From assembly GCA_902778585.1 (NCBI GenBank), contig CACYYD010000002.1, forward strand, positions 141,956 through 205,955: a DNA stretch of 64,000 bases, in the 5' to 3' direction. Numbering within the stretch: the stretch's first letter is position 1; each line of letters opens with the position of its first letter. Made by a program: the position numbers and the translations under genes. Under the pieces are notes generated by a model, which made no database searches, was not told where the DNA came from, and saw only the letters and a list, made by a program, of their open reading frames with translations. Positions 38,096 to 49,469 of the stretch are shown here, in pieces. Source of the stretch: an uncultured Eubacteriales bacterium. Lineage in GTDB: Bacteria; Bacillota; Clostridia; Peptostreptococcales; Anaerovoracaceae.

Positions 38096-38587
38096 CTATT
38101 TCCCCTGCTTTTCCTTCAGATAAGGCAGCAGTCCGCCGCTTTCCACTATCTTCTGGATGAACGGAGGGAAAGGTTTTGCCTCAAATACCTGTCCCGTGGT
38201 CTCGTCCGTGATCTTTCCGGTCTCTGTATCCACAGTCACAATGTCTCCGGCCTTTATTGCTTCGCTTGCCTCAGGGCACTCGAGTATAGGGAATCCTATG
38301 TTGATCGAGTTCCTGTAGAATATACGGGCAAAGCTGGCTGCGATAACACAGCTGATACCGCTTGCCTGTATTGCTACAGGAGCGTGCTCTCTTGATGAGC
38401 CGCATCCGAAGTTCCAGCCGCCTACCATAATGTCGCCTGCCTGCACGGCACCGGCAAAGGACTTGTCGATGTCTTCCATGCAGTGCTTCGCGAGTTCCGA
38501 AGGCTCCGGAGCGTTGAGATATCTTGCAGGGATGATGACGTCAGTATCGACGTGATCACCGAATTTCCATGTCTTTCCTCTGATCAT
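38096..38587 (-). CDS. leuD: 3-isopropylmalate dehydratase small subunit
   Basis: 163 aa. [14 protein letters not shown]...[14 protein letters not shown]. Confidence 0.95.
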   Translation of the reverse strand: MIRGKTWKFGDHVDTDVIIPARYLNAPEPSELAKHCMEDIDKSFAGAVQAGDIMVGGWNFGCGSSREHAPVAIQASGISCVIAASFARIFYRNSINIGFPILECPEASEAIKAGDIVTVDTETGKITDETTGQVFEAKPFPPFIQKIVESGGLLPYLKEKQGK

Positions 38588-38591
38588 GTCC

Positions 38592-39854
38592 CTAGCCCTC
38601 CTGTTCCGGGACAGCCACGCAGCCTGCGACTGCCGAAGCAGCAGCTACTGCAGGGCTTGCGAGAATGACTTCACTCTCTGTGTGTCCCATACGGCCTACG
38701 AAGTTGCGGTTTGTGGTTGCCACGGCTCTTTCTCCGGCGGCCATTACGCCCATGTGTCCTCCGAGGCAAGGTCCGCAGGTAGGAGCCGATACGGCGCATC
38801 CTGCTTCGACGAATGTCTGCAGTATGCCTTCCTCGATGCACTTAAGGTATATCTCCTGTGTCGCAGGAATGATGATGCATCTTACTCCGTCTGCTACCTT
38901 CTTCCCTTTGAGGATAGAAGCCGCGGATCTCATGTCGCTCATCCTTCCGTTTGTGCATGATCCTATGACGACCTGGTCGATGTGGAGTCCTGCAGCCTCT
39001 TCGGCAGTCTTCGTATTGGACGGAAGATGCGGCAGCGAAACAGTCGGCTTAAGCTCTGAAAGATCGATCGTCACGACTCTTTCGTATTCTGCGTCTTCAT
39101 CAGCCTCAAACACTGCGGGCTCTCTTTCGAATCTGCCCTTTATGTATTCCATGGTCTTCTCATCGACAGGGAAAATACCGTTCTTTCCGCCTGCCTCGAT
39201 AGCCATGTTCGAGATGGTGAATCTGTCATCCATGCTGAGTTCGGAAACGCCTTCGCCCGTGAATTCAAGCGACTTATACAGCGCTCCGTCCACACCGATC
39301 TCGCCGATCAGGTGAAGGATCACATCCTTTCCCGATACGAACGGCTGCAGTTTGCCTTTAAGCTCTACCTTTATGGCAGGCGGGACCTTGAACCAGTTGA
39401 GTCCCGATGCCATTCCGGCAGCCATATCAGTCGATCCCACACCTGTCGAGAAAGCTCCGAGAGCTCCGTATGTGCAGGTGTGTGAGTCAGCACCTATGAT
39501 GCAGTCTCCAGGGCCTACGATGCCCTGTTCAGGCAGAAGAGCGTGCTCTATGCCTACTGTTCCCACATCGTAGAAATGGCTGATATTATGCTTTACGGCG
39601 AAATCCCTGGCTGTTTTGCACAGCTCAGCAGATTTTATGTCCTTGCACGGTGTGTAATGATCAAGTGTGATGACTATCCTGTCCTTATCGAAGACCTCTG
39701 TGAATCCGGCTTTTTCGAATACTCCGATCGCTACAGGCGTTGTGACATCGTTTCCCAGCACGATGTCGAGCCCTGCTTCGATCAGATCTCCCGCATGGAC
39801 TTCAGGAAGCCCCGCATGCGCGGCAAGGATCTTCTGTGTCATTGTCATGCCCAT
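38592..39854 (-). CDS. leuC: 3-isopropylmalate dehydratase large subunit
   Basis: [11 protein letters not shown]...[15 protein letters not shown]...GSCTNGR...[10 protein letters not shown] aconitase-type Fe-S ligands. ATG at 39854 lies 7 nt after AAGGGGGA. Confidence 0.95.
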   Translation of the reverse strand: MGMTMTQKILAAHAGLPEVHAGDLIEAGLDIVLGNDVTTPVAIGVFEKAGFTEVFDKDRIVITLDHYTPCKDIKSAELCKTARDFAVKHNISHFYDVGTVGIEHALLPEQGIVGPGDCIIGADSHTCTYGALGAFSTGVGSTDMAAGMASGLNWFKVPPAIKVELKGKLQPFVSGKDVILHLIGEIGVDGALYKSLEFTGEGVSELSMDDRFTISNMAIEAGGKNGIFPVDEKTMEYIKGRFEREPAVFEADEDAEYERVVTIDLSELKPTVSLPHLPSNTKTAEEAAGLHIDQVVIGSCTNGRMSDMRSAASILKGKKVADGVRCIIIPATQEIYLKCIEEGILQTFVEAGCAVSAPTCGPCLGGHMGVMAAGERAVATTNRNFVGRMGHTESEVILASPAVAAASAVAGCVAVPEQEG

Positions 39855-39870
39855 TGTGCAGTCCCCCTTC

Positions 39871-41424
39871 TTATGCCTCAGCCGTACTCTTGGAAGCAAA
39901 TTTGGCATCAAATGCCGCAAGCCTGTTGAGCGCTTTGAGATATGCGTTCACGCTGGCTTCGATGATATCTGTAGACAGTCCTTTTCCTGTGAAAGTGCGG
40001 CCGTGCGCGTTTACCTTTACTGTAACGTCTCCGAGAGTGTCCTTGCCTTCAGAGATCGAGTGGATGTTGAAGATGTCGAAGGTATGCTCCGACGGCTTCA
40101 TTATCATGTCGATCGCGTTATATGCCGCGTCTATAGGTCCGTCTCCCAGAGCTACATCCTGGAACTTCTCCCCGTCCTTAATGAGGCTTACTGTGCATGT
40201 CGCAGTTGTGAAGTTGCTTGTGGATACCTGGAACCAGTCGAGCTTGTAGCCGTCTTCAGTATCGGTGTATATGTCACCGGTGTTGTGGGTAGCTATGGCT
40301 TCAAGGTCTGCGTCCGTGATGTTCTTCTTCTTGTCACAGACGATCTTGAATTCTTCGAAGCAGCTGTTCAGCTCTTCCTTTGTCAGTGTGTATCCGAGTT
40401 CTTCAAGGCGCTTTGCGACCGCGTGCCTTCCCGAGTGCTTTCCGAGAACGATGTTGTTCACATTGAGACCTACAGACTCAGGAGTCATGATCTCGTAAGT
40501 CTTCTTGTTGGCGAGCACACCGTGCTGGTGGATGCCGGCCTCATGCGCAAAGGCGTTCTTTCCGACTATCGGCTTGTTGATAGGAGCGGTCTGTCCGATG
40601 ATGTTGTATACGGTCTTGCTTGCGCGGTGGATCTGTGTAGCGTCGATCCTTGTGTCTGCGGCAAACTCGTCCTGTCTTGTGCGGAGAGCCATGACGACCT
40701 CTTCCATCGATGTGTTTCCCGCTCTCTCTCCGAGGCCGTTGACGGTGCACTCGATCTGTCTTGCGCCTCCGCGTACTCCCGCCAGTGAGTTGGCAGTAGC
40801 CATGCCGAGGTCGTTGTGGCAGTGGACCGAGAAAACGACCTTCTCTGCGCCGCGTACATTTTCTTTCACCTCTCTGATGAGATATTCCATCTCCTCAGGT
40901 GTAGTGTAACCGACGGTATCCGGCAGATTTATGGTGGTAGCTCCGCTCTCGATGGCGACGGCAGTTATCTTCTTGAGAAACTCTATGTCGCTTCTTGTCG
41001 CGTCCTCAGCCGAGAACTCGATGTTTGAGCAGTACTTCTTCGCGTATGCCACCATCTGCCTCGCCTGTTCAAGGACTTCATCAGGAGTCATCTTGAGCTT
41101 GTACTCCATGTGTATAGGAGAAGTGGCGATGAATACATGGATCCTCGGATCCACAGCTCCCTTTACTGCCTCCCATGCTGCGTCGATGTCCTTTACATTG
41201 CAGCGGGCCAGACTCGCGACCGTGCAGTCCTTTACGGTCTCCGATATGGTCTTTACAGACTCAAAGTCTCCCGGAGAAACGATGGCAAAGCCGGCCTCGA
41301 TAATGTCGACCTTAAGCTTTTCGAGACAGTGCGCGACCTCTATCTTTTCCTGAAGGTTCATGCTGCAGCCCGGTGACTGCTCTCCGTCTCTCAGAGTCGT
41401 ATCAAAAATTTTTACCTGGTCCAT
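39871..41424 (-). CDS. leuA: 2-isopropylmalate synthase
   Basis: [14 protein letters not shown]...[16 protein letters not shown]...GLGERAGNT, plus a C-terminal LeuA dimerisation/regulatory domain. Confidence 0.95.
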   Translation of the reverse strand: MDQVKIFDTTLRDGEQSPGCSMNLQEKIEVAHCLEKLKVDIIEAGFAIVSPGDFESVKTISETVKDCTVASLARCNVKDIDAAWEAVKGAVDPRIHVFIATSPIHMEYKLKMTPDEVLEQARQMVAYAKKYCSNIEFSAEDATRSDIEFLKKITAVAIESGATTINLPDTVGYTTPEEMEYLIREVKENVRGAEKVVFSVHCHNDLGMATANSLAGVRGGARQIECTVNGLGERAGNTSMEEVVMALRTRQDEFAADTRIDATQIHRASKTVYNIIGQTAPINKPIVGKNAFAHEAGIHQHGVLANKKTYEIMTPESVGLNVNNIVLGKHSGRHAVAKRLEELGYTLTKEELNSCFEEFKIVCDKKKNITDADLEAIATHNTGDIYTDTEDGYKLDWFQVSTSNFTTATCTVSLIKDGEKFQDVALGDGPIDAAYNAIDMIMKPSEHTFDIFNIHSISEGKDTLGDVTVKVNAHGRTFTGKGLSTDIIEASVNAYLKALNRLAAFDAKFASKSTAEA

Positions 41425-41486
41425 ATTTACCTCTAGTCTGGATGCAGCAGGGATCCCGATCCCTCTGCATCACTTGTCCTCAGTCT

Positions 41487-43148
41487 CTATTCAAGTATCG
41501 CGCCCTTGTCTGCCGAGCTTACGAGCTTGGCGTATCTGGCGAGATAACCCGTTTTGATCTTTGGCTCAGGGCATACCCATGCGGCGCGTCTTGCCGCGAG
41601 CTCTTCATCAGAGACTTTAAGTTCTATCGTCTTGTTAATGATGTCGATGGCTATGATGTCACCCTCTTCAACGAGACCGATGTTGCCGCCCGATGCTGCC
41701 TCAGGGCTTACGTGGCCGATCGAGGCTCCTCTAGTGGCTCCCGAGAACCTTCCGTCGGTTATGAGAGCTACGGATTCATCAAGACCCATTCCCGCGATAG
41801 CGGAAGTAGGATTCAGCATCTCTCTCATTCCCGGGCCTCCCTTAGGGCCTTCGTATCTGATGACCACAACGTCTCCCGGCTTTATTTCTCCGGCATAGAT
41901 GACCTTTATGGCGTCTTCTTCAGAGTCGAATACCCTTGCCGGACCTTCGTGCTGCATCATCGATTCCTTTACGGCAGCCTGCTTGACTACGCAGCCGTCC
42001 GGAGCGAGGTTGCCCTTAAGGACAGCGATGCCGCCGGTCTTCATGAACGGATCTTCGAACGGACGGATTATCTCTTTATTGAGATTCTGAGCGTTCTCGA
42101 TGTTCTCACCCATAGTCTTAGTGGTGACTGTCATTACCGACAGGTCGAGAAGGTCTCCCTTTGTGAGTTCCTTCATTACCGCATATACCCCGCCGGCTTC
42201 ATCAAGGTCTTCCATGAATGTGTCGCCTGCAGGAGCAAGATGGCACAGATTAGGAGTCTTTGAGCTTATCTCGTTGGCCATATCGAAGCTGACATCCACA
42301 TTGGCTTCGTGAGCTATGGCAGGAAGATGCAGCATGGTGTTAGTTGAGCATCCGAGCGCCATATCGACAGTCTCAGCGTTGTGGAATGCGGCAGCTGTCA
42401 TGATGTCGCTAGGCTTTATGTCAGCCTCAACGAGCTTCATGATCTGCATGCCTGTCGCCTTGGCAAAACGTATCCTTGCCGAATAAGGCGCAGGTATAGT
42501 CCCGTTGCCCGGAAGAGCCATTCCTATGGCCTCAGTCAGGCAGTTCATCGAGTTTGCTGTGTACATGCCGGAGCAGGATCCGCACGACGGGCATGCCTTC
42601 TCCACGTATGTCTGTACAGCCTCTTCATCCATCGTTCCTGCGTGGTAAGCTCCCACAGCCTCAAACATGTGCGAGAGGCATGTGCGGCGTCCGTCGGGAA
42701 GACGGCCTGCGAGCATAGGTCCGCCCGAGCAGAAGATGGTCGGAACGTTGATCCTTGCTGCTGCCATAAGAAGTCCCGGGACGTTCTTGTCACAGTTAGG
42801 GATCATTACGAGTCCGTCAAACTGATGAGCGATCGCGAGAGCCTCCGTCGAATCGGCGATGAGGTCTCTTGTAACAAGAGAGTACTTCATGCCTACGTGG
42901 CCCATCGCTATACCATCGCATACCGCTATGGCCGGGACCAGTATAGGTGTGCCGCCTGCGGCTCTTATCCCTGCCTTAACGGCATCGGCGATCTTGTCCA
43001 GGTTCATGTGGCCCGGAACGATCTCGTTATATGAGCTTACTACGCCGATTATAGGGCGCTTCTGCTCTTCTTCGGTAAGACCCAGCGCGTACAGGAGACT
43101 CCTGTTAGGCGCGCGGTCCACCCCCTTTTTTATTTGATCGGAATTCAT
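41487..43148 (-). CDS. ilvD: Dihydroxy-acid dehydratase
   Basis: [19 protein letters not shown]...[10 protein letters not shown]...[16 protein letters not shown]...LITDGRFSG. Confidence 0.95.
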   Translation of the reverse strand: MNSDQIKKGVDRAPNRSLLYALGLTEEEQKRPIIGVVSSYNEIVPGHMNLDKIADAVKAGIRAAGGTPILVPAIAVCDGIAMGHVGMKYSLVTRDLIADSTEALAIAHQFDGLVMIPNCDKNVPGLLMAAARINVPTIFCSGGPMLAGRLPDGRRTCLSHMFEAVGAYHAGTMDEEAVQTYVEKACPSCGSCSGMYTANSMNCLTEAIGMALPGNGTIPAPYSARIRFAKATGMQIMKLVEADIKPSDIMTAAAFHNAETVDMALGCSTNTMLHLPAIAHEANVDVSFDMANEISSKTPNLCHLAPAGDTFMEDLDEAGGVYAVMKELTKGDLLDLSVMTVTTKTMGENIENAQNLNKEIIRPFEDPFMKTGGIAVLKGNLAPDGCVVKQAAVKESMMQHEGPARVFDSEEDAIKVIYAGEIKPGDVVVIRYEGPKGGPGMREMLNPTSAIAGMGLDESVALITDGRFSGATRGASIGHVSPEAASGGNIGLVEEGDIIAIDIINKTIELKVSDEELAARRAAWVCPEPKIKTGYLARYAKLVSSADKGAILE

Positions 43149-43160
43149 GTTCTTATCCTC

Positions 43161-44721
<1,561 letters not shown>

Positions 44722-44733
44722 TCTGTCTCCCTT

Positions 44734-46440
44734 CTATATCTTCATGAAATTGGTGATATGGCTTCCGCCGCCTACCATAGGCCTTACCATCTCGTCCATG
44801 TCTATCAGACAGTCGATTACATAGCCTTCTTTTTTCTCAAGCGCCTCTTCGATGACCTTCGCTAGTTCCTCCTGGCTGCTCACGCGGCGGCCGTTCAGTC
44901 CGTAGGCTTCGGCCAGCTTCACAAAGTCAGGTCCGCGGTCGAGTGTCGTCTCGGAGAAGTTCTTCTTGTATATCAGGTTCTGCCACTGCCTGACCATGCC
45001 GAGTGTATGGTTGTTGAATATGAATGTGATGACCGGTATCCCGTAGTACTGAACGGTTGAAAGCTCGTTGCAGTTCATCCTGAAGCTTCCGTCTCCGGCG
45101 ATGTGTATGACGGTCTTGTCAGGATTGCCGGCTGAGGCTCCTATCGCTGCTCCGAGGCCAAATCCCATGGTGCCGAAGCCTCCCGATGTTATGAGCTGTC
45201 CCGGATAGTCGAAGTGGAAGTGCTGTATAGCCCACATCTGATGCTGACCTACGTCAGTAGCCACTATGGTGTCCTCAGGCACGAGCTTTGCGATCGTATC
45301 GCATATCTGCTTCGGATTCAGCGTATCTCCGCCGTCCTCATATACCGTCTCAGTCGGATGCGAGAATACGAAGTCCATCCATTCCGGATGCGACTGAGGG
45401 CTCAGTTTCTCATTAAGCCTCCGCAGCACCTCTTTTGCATCTCCGACGATGTGATGATCAGTCTTTACATTCTTGTTGATCTCTGATCTGTCGATGTCTA
45501 TATGCACTATCTTCGCCTGCGCCGCGAAGGACTCAGGGTCGAGCGCCACGCGGTCTGAGAAGCGGCAGCCTACAGCTATGAGAAGGTCGCACTCATTTAC
45601 TCCGATGTTGGAGGCCTGTGAGCCGTGCATGCCTATCATTCCTGTCGTATGGGAGTCGCGGCCGTTCATTCCGCCTCCGCCCATTACCGTTATAGCCGCA
45701 GGGGCATCAACGAGCCTTACAAAGTCATTGAACTCCTTGTGCGCGCGTCCTCTTACGACTCCGCCTCCGCAGATCAGCATTGGCCTTTCCGACTCGCCTA
45801 TCATCTCGACAAGCTTGTCTATGTCTTCCTCGTCGATCTCAGGTACGTAGTAGTCCACCATATTGCGGTCATAGATGGCCTTGAGGACTCCCGCTTCCTT
45901 ATGCTCTGAGCGTGGTATGAATTCATACTCGGCAGTCTCTGCGGTCACGTTCTTAAGGATGTCTATGAACACCGGACCCGGACGGCCGCTTCTTGCGATA
46001 GCGAATGCCCTTCTGACGGTATCTGCCAGCCTGTTCACGTCCGTGATCTGGAATGTGCACTTGGTTATCGGCAGCATGATCCCCGTACTGTCGACTTCCT
46101 GGAACGAGTCCTTTCCTATCAGATTGTCTGAGACATTGCAGGATATGAACACCACAGGTGATGAATCCATGTAAGCTGTCGCGACTCCGGTGGTAAGGTT
46201 TGTTGCTCCCGGTCCCGAAGTTGAGAAAGCGACTCCTACCTTGCCTGTGCTCCTGGCGTATCCGTCAGCAGCGTGCGAGGCGCCCTGCTCATGTGCAGTC
46301 AGATAATGCTTTATCCTGTCCCTGTAGCTGACAAGAGCATCATAGACATTGAGTATGGTGCCTCCCGGATATCCGAATACGGCATCGACTTCCTGTTCGA
46401 TCAGGCACTCCATTAATATTTCTGCGCCGGTGAGTATCAA
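44734..46440 (-). CDS. ilvB: Acetolactate synthase large (catalytic) subunit
   Basis: 568-aa ThDP enzyme (GYPGG..., GFGTMGFGLGAAIGA, GDGSFRMN). TTG start 7 nt after AAGGAGA. Confidence 0.95.
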   Translation of the reverse strand: MILTGAEILMECLIEQEVDAVFGYPGGTILNVYDALVSYRDRIKHYLTAHEQGASHAADGYARSTGKVGVAFSTSGPGATNLTTGVATAYMDSSPVVFISCNVSDNLIGKDSFQEVDSTGIMLPITKCTFQITDVNRLADTVRRAFAIARSGRPGPVFIDILKNVTAETAEYEFIPRSEHKEAGVLKAIYDRNMVDYYVPEIDEEDIDKLVEMIGESERPMLICGGGVVRGRAHKEFNDFVRLVDAPAAITVMGGGGMNGRDSHTTGMIGMHGSQASNIGVNECDLLIAVGCRFSDRVALDPESFAAQAKIVHIDIDRSEINKNVKTDHHIVGDAKEVLRRLNEKLSPQSHPEWMDFVFSHPTETVYEDGGDTLNPKQICDTIAKLVPEDTIVATDVGQHQMWAIQHFHFDYPGQLITSGGFGTMGFGLGAAIGASAGNPDKTVIHIAGDGSFRMNCNELSTVQYYGIPVITFIFNNHTLGMVRQWQNLIYKKNFSETTLDRGPDFVKLAEAYGLNGRRVSSQEELAKVIEEALEKKEGYVIDCLIDMDEMVRPMVGGGSHITNFMKI

Positions 46441-46494
46441 TTCTCTTTCTCCTTGGTTCTGATCATTTTGGCTTTAACTTGCTGATTTCTTCTG

Positions 46495-46531
46495 ACAAAA
46501 AGACCCGCGATCCGGTCATTGGTCGCAGGGT
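46495..46531 (-). terminator. Rho-independent terminator inside the ilvB leader (attenuator)
   Basis: Minus strand GACCCTGCGA-ccaatgaccgga-TCGCGGGTC followed by TTTTTG. It lies about 55 nt upstream of the ilvB start and 75 nt downstream of the leader-ORF stop. Confidence 0.55.
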
Positions 46532-46605
46532 CTGATGTATCAGTCAGTTTTTGTCCGCCGGGCGGCAGCAGCCGCCTTTATATGGTCTCATTCCAACCGT
46601 CAGCA

Positions 46606-46689
46606 TCATTCCCTGCTGCCCTTAAGGCTAAGGCCGAGAATAATACTTTCAATAAGGATCAGAATGAGTGTGATTTGTGTGGCGAACAT
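46606..46689 (-). CDS. Candidate ilv-leu leader peptide (27 aa, Ile/Leu-rich)
   Basis: ATG at 46689 to TGA at 46606 encodes MFATQITLILILIESIILGLSLKGSRE. 12 of 27 residues are Ile or Leu, including the run LILILI. A weak GGGAAA lies 5 nt upstream. It sits between the promoter and the leader terminator. Confidence 0.5.
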   Translation of the reverse strand: MFATQITLILILIESIILGLSLKGSRE

Positions 46690-46743
46690 TAAAATTTCCC
46701 GTTATTCAACAATTTATAGATATGTAATTTGTGATCTTGCACA

Positions 46744-46772
46744 ATACTAACATTCCATATATGCCTTGTCAA
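46744..46772 (-). promoter_or_regulatory. ilv-leu operon promoter (TTGACA-17 nt-TAGTAT)
   Basis: -35 at 46767-46772 and -10 at 46744-46749 on the minus strand, just after the thiI stop. Confidence 0.55.
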
Positions 46773-46788
46773 GGCGTGGCTGCAAGAC

Positions 46789-47967
46789 TTACGGCCTTAT
46801 TTCAATGATCTCTTCGGAGGCGACGGCATTGCTCACCAGGGTCTCCACATCGAGGGCCGATTCGGACTTCTCTATCCTGTCTTTTTTAGGCTTCGTCACA
46901 GGGTGCTTAGGCAGGAAAACAGTGCAGCAGTCCTCGTACGGCTGTATCGAGATATCGTATGTGCCTATCTCGCGCGCCTTGTCCATGATGTCCACCTTGT
47001 CCATCGCGATGAGCGGTCTCATGACCGGCATATCGACGACACTGTCGGTGACGACGAGAGCTTCCGCGGTCTGGCTAGCCACCTGTCCGAGGTCCTCACC
47101 CGTGATCAGCATCATGTCGCCGTTTTTGATGGCTATCTGTTCTGCGATACGCATCATGAAGCGCCTTACGAGCAACGTAGTCTCGTCCTCAGGGCAGTTC
47201 TTTACGATCTCCTCCTGTATAGGCAGCAGGTTGATCACGTGCATTTTAATTGTGCCCATATAGCCCGCAAGCACCTTCACAAGGTCTTCCACCTTGCGCT
47301 GTGCCCTCTGGCTGGTATACGGATATGAATGGAAGTGTACAGCTTCTATGCTCATGCCGCGCTTTGCCATCATGAAAGCTGCGACCGGGCTGTCGATGCC
47401 GCCGGACATAAGGATGAGTCCCTTGCCGTTCGTTCCGAGCGGAAGTCCGCCGAATCCCTTTACCTTGTCACGGAATACATATGCGGCCTCGCGCCTTACA
47501 TCGACTGTCAGAAGGCAGTCCGGCCTGTGAACATCGACGCTCAGGACCTTGCAGGCCTTGAGGACCATGCCGCCGACCTGTTTTGCGATCTCAGGCGACT
47601 CCACGGCGAAGGATTTGTCGGCTCTGTGGGCCTTGACCTTGAAGGTCTTTATCCCGTCATCCTCTATGACCTTCTTCATGAATTCACCGGCGATGCGGCC
47701 TATCTCGTTTATATCTTTAGGTGCCTCTACCGCAGGGCTTACCGATGCGACTCCGAATACCCTTACGCACTTCGCGATGACCTCATCTTCAGGGATGTCT
47801 GCAGGGACTCTTACGAACATGAGTCCGTCGATCCACTTTGCCTCGGTGTCCTCGAAGCATGACAGAGCGCCGCGCAGTCTCTCGATGAGGACGCGCTCGA
47901 AGTAAGGCTTGTTCATTCCCTTGAGTGCGACTTCGCCGCATCTTACTATGTAAAGATTCTTTTCCAA
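46789..47967 (-). CDS. thiI: tRNA 4-thiouridine(8) synthase ThiI (no rhodanese domain)
   Basis: 392 aa. THUMP region and PP-loop LILMSGGIDSPVAA. TTG start 6 nt after AAAGGAGA. Confidence 0.9.
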   Translation of the reverse strand: MEKNLYIVRCGEVALKGMNKPYFERVLIERLRGALSCFEDTEAKWIDGLMFVRVPADIPEDEVIAKCVRVFGVASVSPAVEAPKDINEIGRIAGEFMKKVIEDDGIKTFKVKAHRADKSFAVESPEIAKQVGGMVLKACKVLSVDVHRPDCLLTVDVRREAAYVFRDKVKGFGGLPLGTNGKGLILMSGGIDSPVAAFMMAKRGMSIEAVHFHSYPYTSQRAQRKVEDLVKVLAGYMGTIKMHVINLLPIQEEIVKNCPEDETTLLVRRFMMRIAEQIAIKNGDMMLITGEDLGQVASQTAEALVVTDSVVDMPVMRPLIAMDKVDIMDKAREIGTYDISIQPYEDCCTVFLPKHPVTKPKKDRIEKSESALDVETLVSNAVASEEIIEIRP

Positions 47968-48032
47968 GTATTTTCTCCTTTATCAGAAAGCGTCTGCGTA
48001 AACCGCAGGCGCATCTTATCACAATTATCTGC

Positions 48033-49217
48033 TTAACGGAAGCTTCCCAGACGGCGGAATCTTTCGACTGCCGTCTTGGTGCGTTCAATGACCACATCCA
48101 TCTCTTCAACAGTGTTGAATTCGGAGAAGCTGAAACGGATCGCTCCTTCTATCTCCTTGTGCGTCATCGACATGGCCTGAAGCACGTGGCTGTCGCCTGT
48201 CTTGTGTGATGAGCAGGCAGAGCCTGTCGATACGTATATGCCGTCCTGTTCCAGTGTGTGCAGGAGGACCTCTCCGCGTGTTCCCTCAAAAGTTACGTTG
48301 AGGACTCCCGGACAGCGCTTTCCGTGCTCGAGAAGCGTATATCCGAGTTCTTCCGGACCGTTTATGATGATATCGCTGATCTCAGTCCTGAGGCCGTTCA
48401 GAAGGTAGTTGTTCACAATGCCCATGCGGCTGGACTTCATCATGAGATCCCTGCATGCCATCTCTGCCGCGAGGCCGATGCCTGCGATGCCCGGCGTGTT
48501 TTCTGTCGATGACCTGAAGCCGCCCTCCTGGCCGCCGCCTGTAATGAATGGCGGCAGATTGTGGCGCTTCTTCATGTACAGAAATCCCATGCCCTTTGGG
48601 CCGTGGAACTTGTGGCCGCTCGCTGCAATGAGATCTGCGTCGAGATCTTCCATCGGAAGCTTGCCGAAAGCCTGTACGGCATCGGTGTGGAATATGATAT
48701 CCGTTCCGTTCTTTCTGTTGAATTCCCTTACGGTGCGGCCTACAGGCACTACCGGCTCGATCGTACCGACTTCATTGTTTACGGCCATCATTGAAACAAT
48801 AATTGTATTCTCGTCAAGTGCCGCCTTAAGAGCCTGTTCTTCAACGTATCCGTCTACATCAACATCAAGATATACTACTTCAAAGCCGTCCTCCTTGAGG
48901 CGCTTGCAGGTCTCGAGCACCGCCGGGTGCTCTACCTTTGTCGTGATCACCTTATTGCCGCGGCGGCGCAGTTTGCGCGCAGACGAGAGCAGAGCCATGT
49001 TGTCGCTCTCGGTGCCGCCCGAGGTGAAGATGACGTGGCCCGCGGGCGGCAGCAGATCTTCGATCTGCCTGCGCGCATCGTAAAGCAGGTTCCCCGCCTC
49101 AAATCCGAGCGCGTGAAGCGACGAAGGATTGCCGAAGTCCTCTTTGGCAGCCTTATACATGAGCTCCGTCACTTCATCATATTGTCTTGTTGTAGCACTG
49201 TTATCCAAATATATCAT
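48033..49217 (-). CDS. Cysteine desulfurase (NifS/IscS/NifZ family, class V aminotransferase)
   Basis: IYLDNSATT...FTSGGTESDN...SGHKFHGPKGMGFLY (PLP Lys)...GSACSS (active-site Cys). Paired with thiI, as with nifZ-thiI in Bacillus. Confidence 0.9.
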   Translation of the reverse strand: MIYLDNSATTRQYDEVTELMYKAAKEDFGNPSSLHALGFEAGNLLYDARRQIEDLLPPAGHVIFTSGGTESDNMALLSSARKLRRRGNKVITTKVEHPAVLETCKRLKEDGFEVVYLDVDVDGYVEEQALKAALDENTIIVSMMAVNNEVGTIEPVVPVGRTVREFNRKNGTDIIFHTDAVQAFGKLPMEDLDADLIAASGHKFHGPKGMGFLYMKKRHNLPPFITGGGQEGGFRSSTENTPGIAGIGLAAEMACRDLMMKSSRMGIVNNYLLNGLRTEISDIIINGPEELGYTLLEHGKRCPGVLNVTFEGTRGEVLLHTLEQDGIYVSTGSACSSHKTGDSHVLQAMSMTHKEIEGAIRFSFSEFNTVEEMDVVIERTKTAVERFRRLGSFR

Positions 49218-49229
49218 GTTTTCTCCATA

Positions 49230-49375
49230 AGAAGCCTCAATAATTGCCTTGCCGGGAGTACGGCTCTCGCCTCGCTGCGGCTATACGCAGCGGTACTAAG
49301 CTCTGCCTTCGCAGTTGATACTGCTCGGCAATCACTAAGTGCCGGCTGCCGCAGAGCCTCCCGTCTCGACAATTT
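49230..49375 (-). other. GC-rich structured 5' leader / candidate cis-regulatory RNA of unknown class upstream of nifS-thiI
   Basis: On the minus strand several mutually exclusive helices are possible. One is an outer interrupted helix pairing 49349-49362 with 49254-49280 (GGGAG/CUCCC, GCUCU/AGAGC, GCGGC/GCCGC). A second is the hairpin CGCUGCG-uauagc-CGCAGCG. A third is a 7-bp alternative GCUCUGC/GCAGAGC enclosing two small hairpins. No match to any riboswitch consensus I can recall. Confidence 0.3.
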
Positions 49376-49407
49376 TGAGTCTTCTTTTATAAAACTATAT
49401 CATTTTT

Positions 49408-49432
49408 AAGGCTCCCCGAAATGAGGAGCCTT
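49408..49432 (-). terminator. Stem-loop downstream of rny (no clear U-tract)
   Basis: AAGGCTCCTC-atttc-GGGGAGCCTT on the minus strand, followed by AAAAATG. Possibly an mRNA-stabilising or weak terminator hairpin. Confidence 0.35.
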
Positions 49433-49469
49433 ATTGAACAGTTTATTCTGTTATTCTGCCTAAGCGGTC

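Noticed and set aside
46441-46745. T-box riboswitch upstream of ilvB, as in the Bacillus ilv-leu operon
   Set aside because: No T-box sequence (GGGTGGnACCnCG) and no Stem I AGAGA/GA motifs are present on the minus strand. A leader ORF plus terminator explains the region better.
49290-49360. tRNA or tRNA-like gene in the nifS leader (7-bp closing helix with two internal hairpins)
   Set aside because: The arm lengths do not fit a cloverleaf (5-bp and 4-bp arms, with only two hairpins). There is no T-loop GTTCGAATC-type sequence and no CCA context. It is kept only as an unknown structured leader.
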